Below the pieces are notes generated by a model. That model did not search any database. It was not told where the DNA came from and was given only the letters and a program-made list of their open reading frames with translations. Position numbers and translations under genes: made by a program. From NCBI GenBank assembly GCA_964642235.1, contig CAZXOP010000001.1, positions 17,497 to 81,496 of the forward strand: 64,000 nt of DNA, given 5' to 3'. Numbering within the stretch: the stretch's first letter is position 1; each line of letters begins with the position of its first letter. Below are positions 63,601 through 64,000 of the stretch, one piece after another. The DNA comes from an uncultured Muribaculaceae bacterium (lineage in GTDB: Bacteria > Bacteroidota > Bacteroidia > Bacteroidales > UBA932).

Positions 63601-64000
63601 CTTACGTTAGCGTCATCTTTTCTTAAGAGGATGGTATTTACACCTGATTCGAGAATGTCATCAATATGATGCTCTTCGAGGAGAGTATCTCTATCGACCA
63701 CTATCTCGTTTCTTTCAATATATACAACTTCTCCTGTATCTTCATCCACAAAGTCCTCATTCCAAGTCTTAAGAACTCTCGCGGCAAGTTTAACTCCGAG
63801 GTTCTTAGATAAATCTTCCCTTGTGGCTTGAATCTCATCAGCCAATCCAAAGATATCGAGGATATCCTTGTCACTTTCATAACCGATGGCTCTAAGCAGA
63901 GTGGTAACAGGCAATTTCTTTTTACGGTCGATATAGGCATACATGACGTTATTTATGTCAGTAGCAAATTCGATCCATGAGCCTTTAAACGGAATAATTC
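60690..64000 (-). CDS. rpoB: DNA-directed RNA polymerase subunit beta (second copy, 5' end beyond window)
   Basis: The visible C-terminal ~1100 codons are identical to 36833..40143. The ORF-track start at 63944 is only an internal Met. Confidence 0.97.
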   Translation of the reverse strand, partial: IIPFKGSWIEFATDINNVMYAYIDRKKKLPVTTLLRAIGYESDKDILDIFGLADEIQATREDLSKNLGVKLAARVLKTWNEDFVDEDTGEVVYIERNEIVVDRDTLLEEHHIDDILESGVNTILLRKDDANVSDYAIIHNTLQKDVCNSEKEAVFYTYRQLRNSEPPDEATARDVIDKLFFSDKRYDLGEVGRYRLNQKLELNTSSDVRVLTKDDIIEIIRYLIQLINSKASVDDIDHLSNRRIRTVGEQLANQFSVGLTRMARTIRERMNVRDNEVFVPTDLINAKSLSSVINSFFGTSQLSQFMDQTNPLAEMTHKRRLSALGPGGLSRDRAGFEVRDVHYTHYGRLCPIETPEGPNIGLISSLCVYAKINDLGFIETPYRKVKDGIVDMTPSGYEYMSAEAEEDKMVAQANVNLAETGDILDERIKCRYEADYPVVTKEEVHFMDVAPNQIASIAASLIPFLEHDDANRALMGSNMMRQAVPLIRPEAPIVGTGLEGVVVRDSRTQIVAERKGEVVFVDGREIHIKYEQTDAEKFVSFNSDITVYKLPLYRKTNQSTSIHLKPIVRKGDKVEAGQILTEGYATQNGELALGRNLKVAFMPWKGYNFEDAIVLSEKIIRDDIFTSIHVDEYAMEVRDTKRGMEELTADIPNVSEEATKDLDENGIIRIGANIEPGDILIGKITPKGESDPSPEEKLLRAIFGDKAGDVKDASLKATPSLSGTIIGKRLFARVGKEGSKRGKSSAKNQIQHVEDDFNKKTSDLKGRFIDKLTILTFDKKSSGVSDLYGAEIVPKGDAFTPDVLSRIDYENINPTKWTSDKNANSQIKKLINNYMIAYKEYDAELKRLKYNLTIGDELPSGIMQLAKVYVAKKRKVKVGDKMAGRHGNKGIVAKVVRDEDMPFLEDGTIVDIVLNPLGVPSRMNLGQIYETVLGWAGKELGIKFSTPIFDGATLTEITQYTEKAGIPQYGRTFLRDGGTGEQFDQPATVGVIYMIKLGHMVDDKMHARSIGPYSLITQQPLGGKAQFGGQRFGEMEVWALEAFGASNILQEILTIKSDDVVGRSRAYEAIVKGDPMPTPGIPESLNVLLHELRGLGLSIHLD

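Larger units (their letters stand above)
44531..64000. repeat. tandem duplication unit, copy 2 (first 19,470 bp; continues past window end)
   Basis: All ORF-track translations, genuine and spurious frames alike, match those 23,857 nt upstream. The boundary and several intergenic stretches were compared by eye. Confidence 0.95.

Noticed and set aside
1-64000. CRISPR arrays, rRNA genes, prophage, toxin-antitoxin or defence-system gene clusters
   Set aside because: I saw no short regularly spaced repeats, no rRNA-like sequence, and no ORFs with nuclease, ATPase or defence-type architecture. Apart from two unknown envelope proteins, every sizeable ORF is explained by housekeeping or SusCD functions.

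Overview
AT-rich chromosomal segment with Bacteroidia (Bacteroidales-like) gene content and promoter motifs. From 1 to 16 kb it is ordinary housekeeping: OmpH/Skp, pdxJ, nadK, uppS-bamA-ompH-ompH, korAB, gdhA, a gamma-carbonic-anhydrase-like protein, a TlpA-like thioredoxin lipoprotein, murI and hppA. From 16 to 32 kb there are three SusC/SusD outer-membrane transporter pairs, one on the minus strand and two in tandem on the plus strand. They come with one extra lipoprotein but no glycoside hydrolase, peptidase or regulator. From 32.5 to 44.5 kb (minus strand) lies the conserved tuf / tRNA-Trp / secE-nusG / rplKAJL / rpoBC block. The main anomaly is an apparently perfect 23,857-bp head-to-tail tandem duplication. 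The unit 20674..44530 starts again at 44531 and runs to the window end at 64000, which corresponds to 40143 in copy 1. The junction joins a 5'-truncated tuf (EF-Tu G domain missing) to the first 168 nt of the minus-strand susC gene. As a result rpoB, rpoC and two SusCD loci are each present twice. No integrase, transposase, IS element, CRISPR array or recognisable defence, toxin or secretion module is visible. The duplication may be a real, very recent amplification or an assembly or data artefact, and the sequence alone cannot decide. A secondary curiosity is an 87-nt GC-rich, highly structured element just downstream of hppA.
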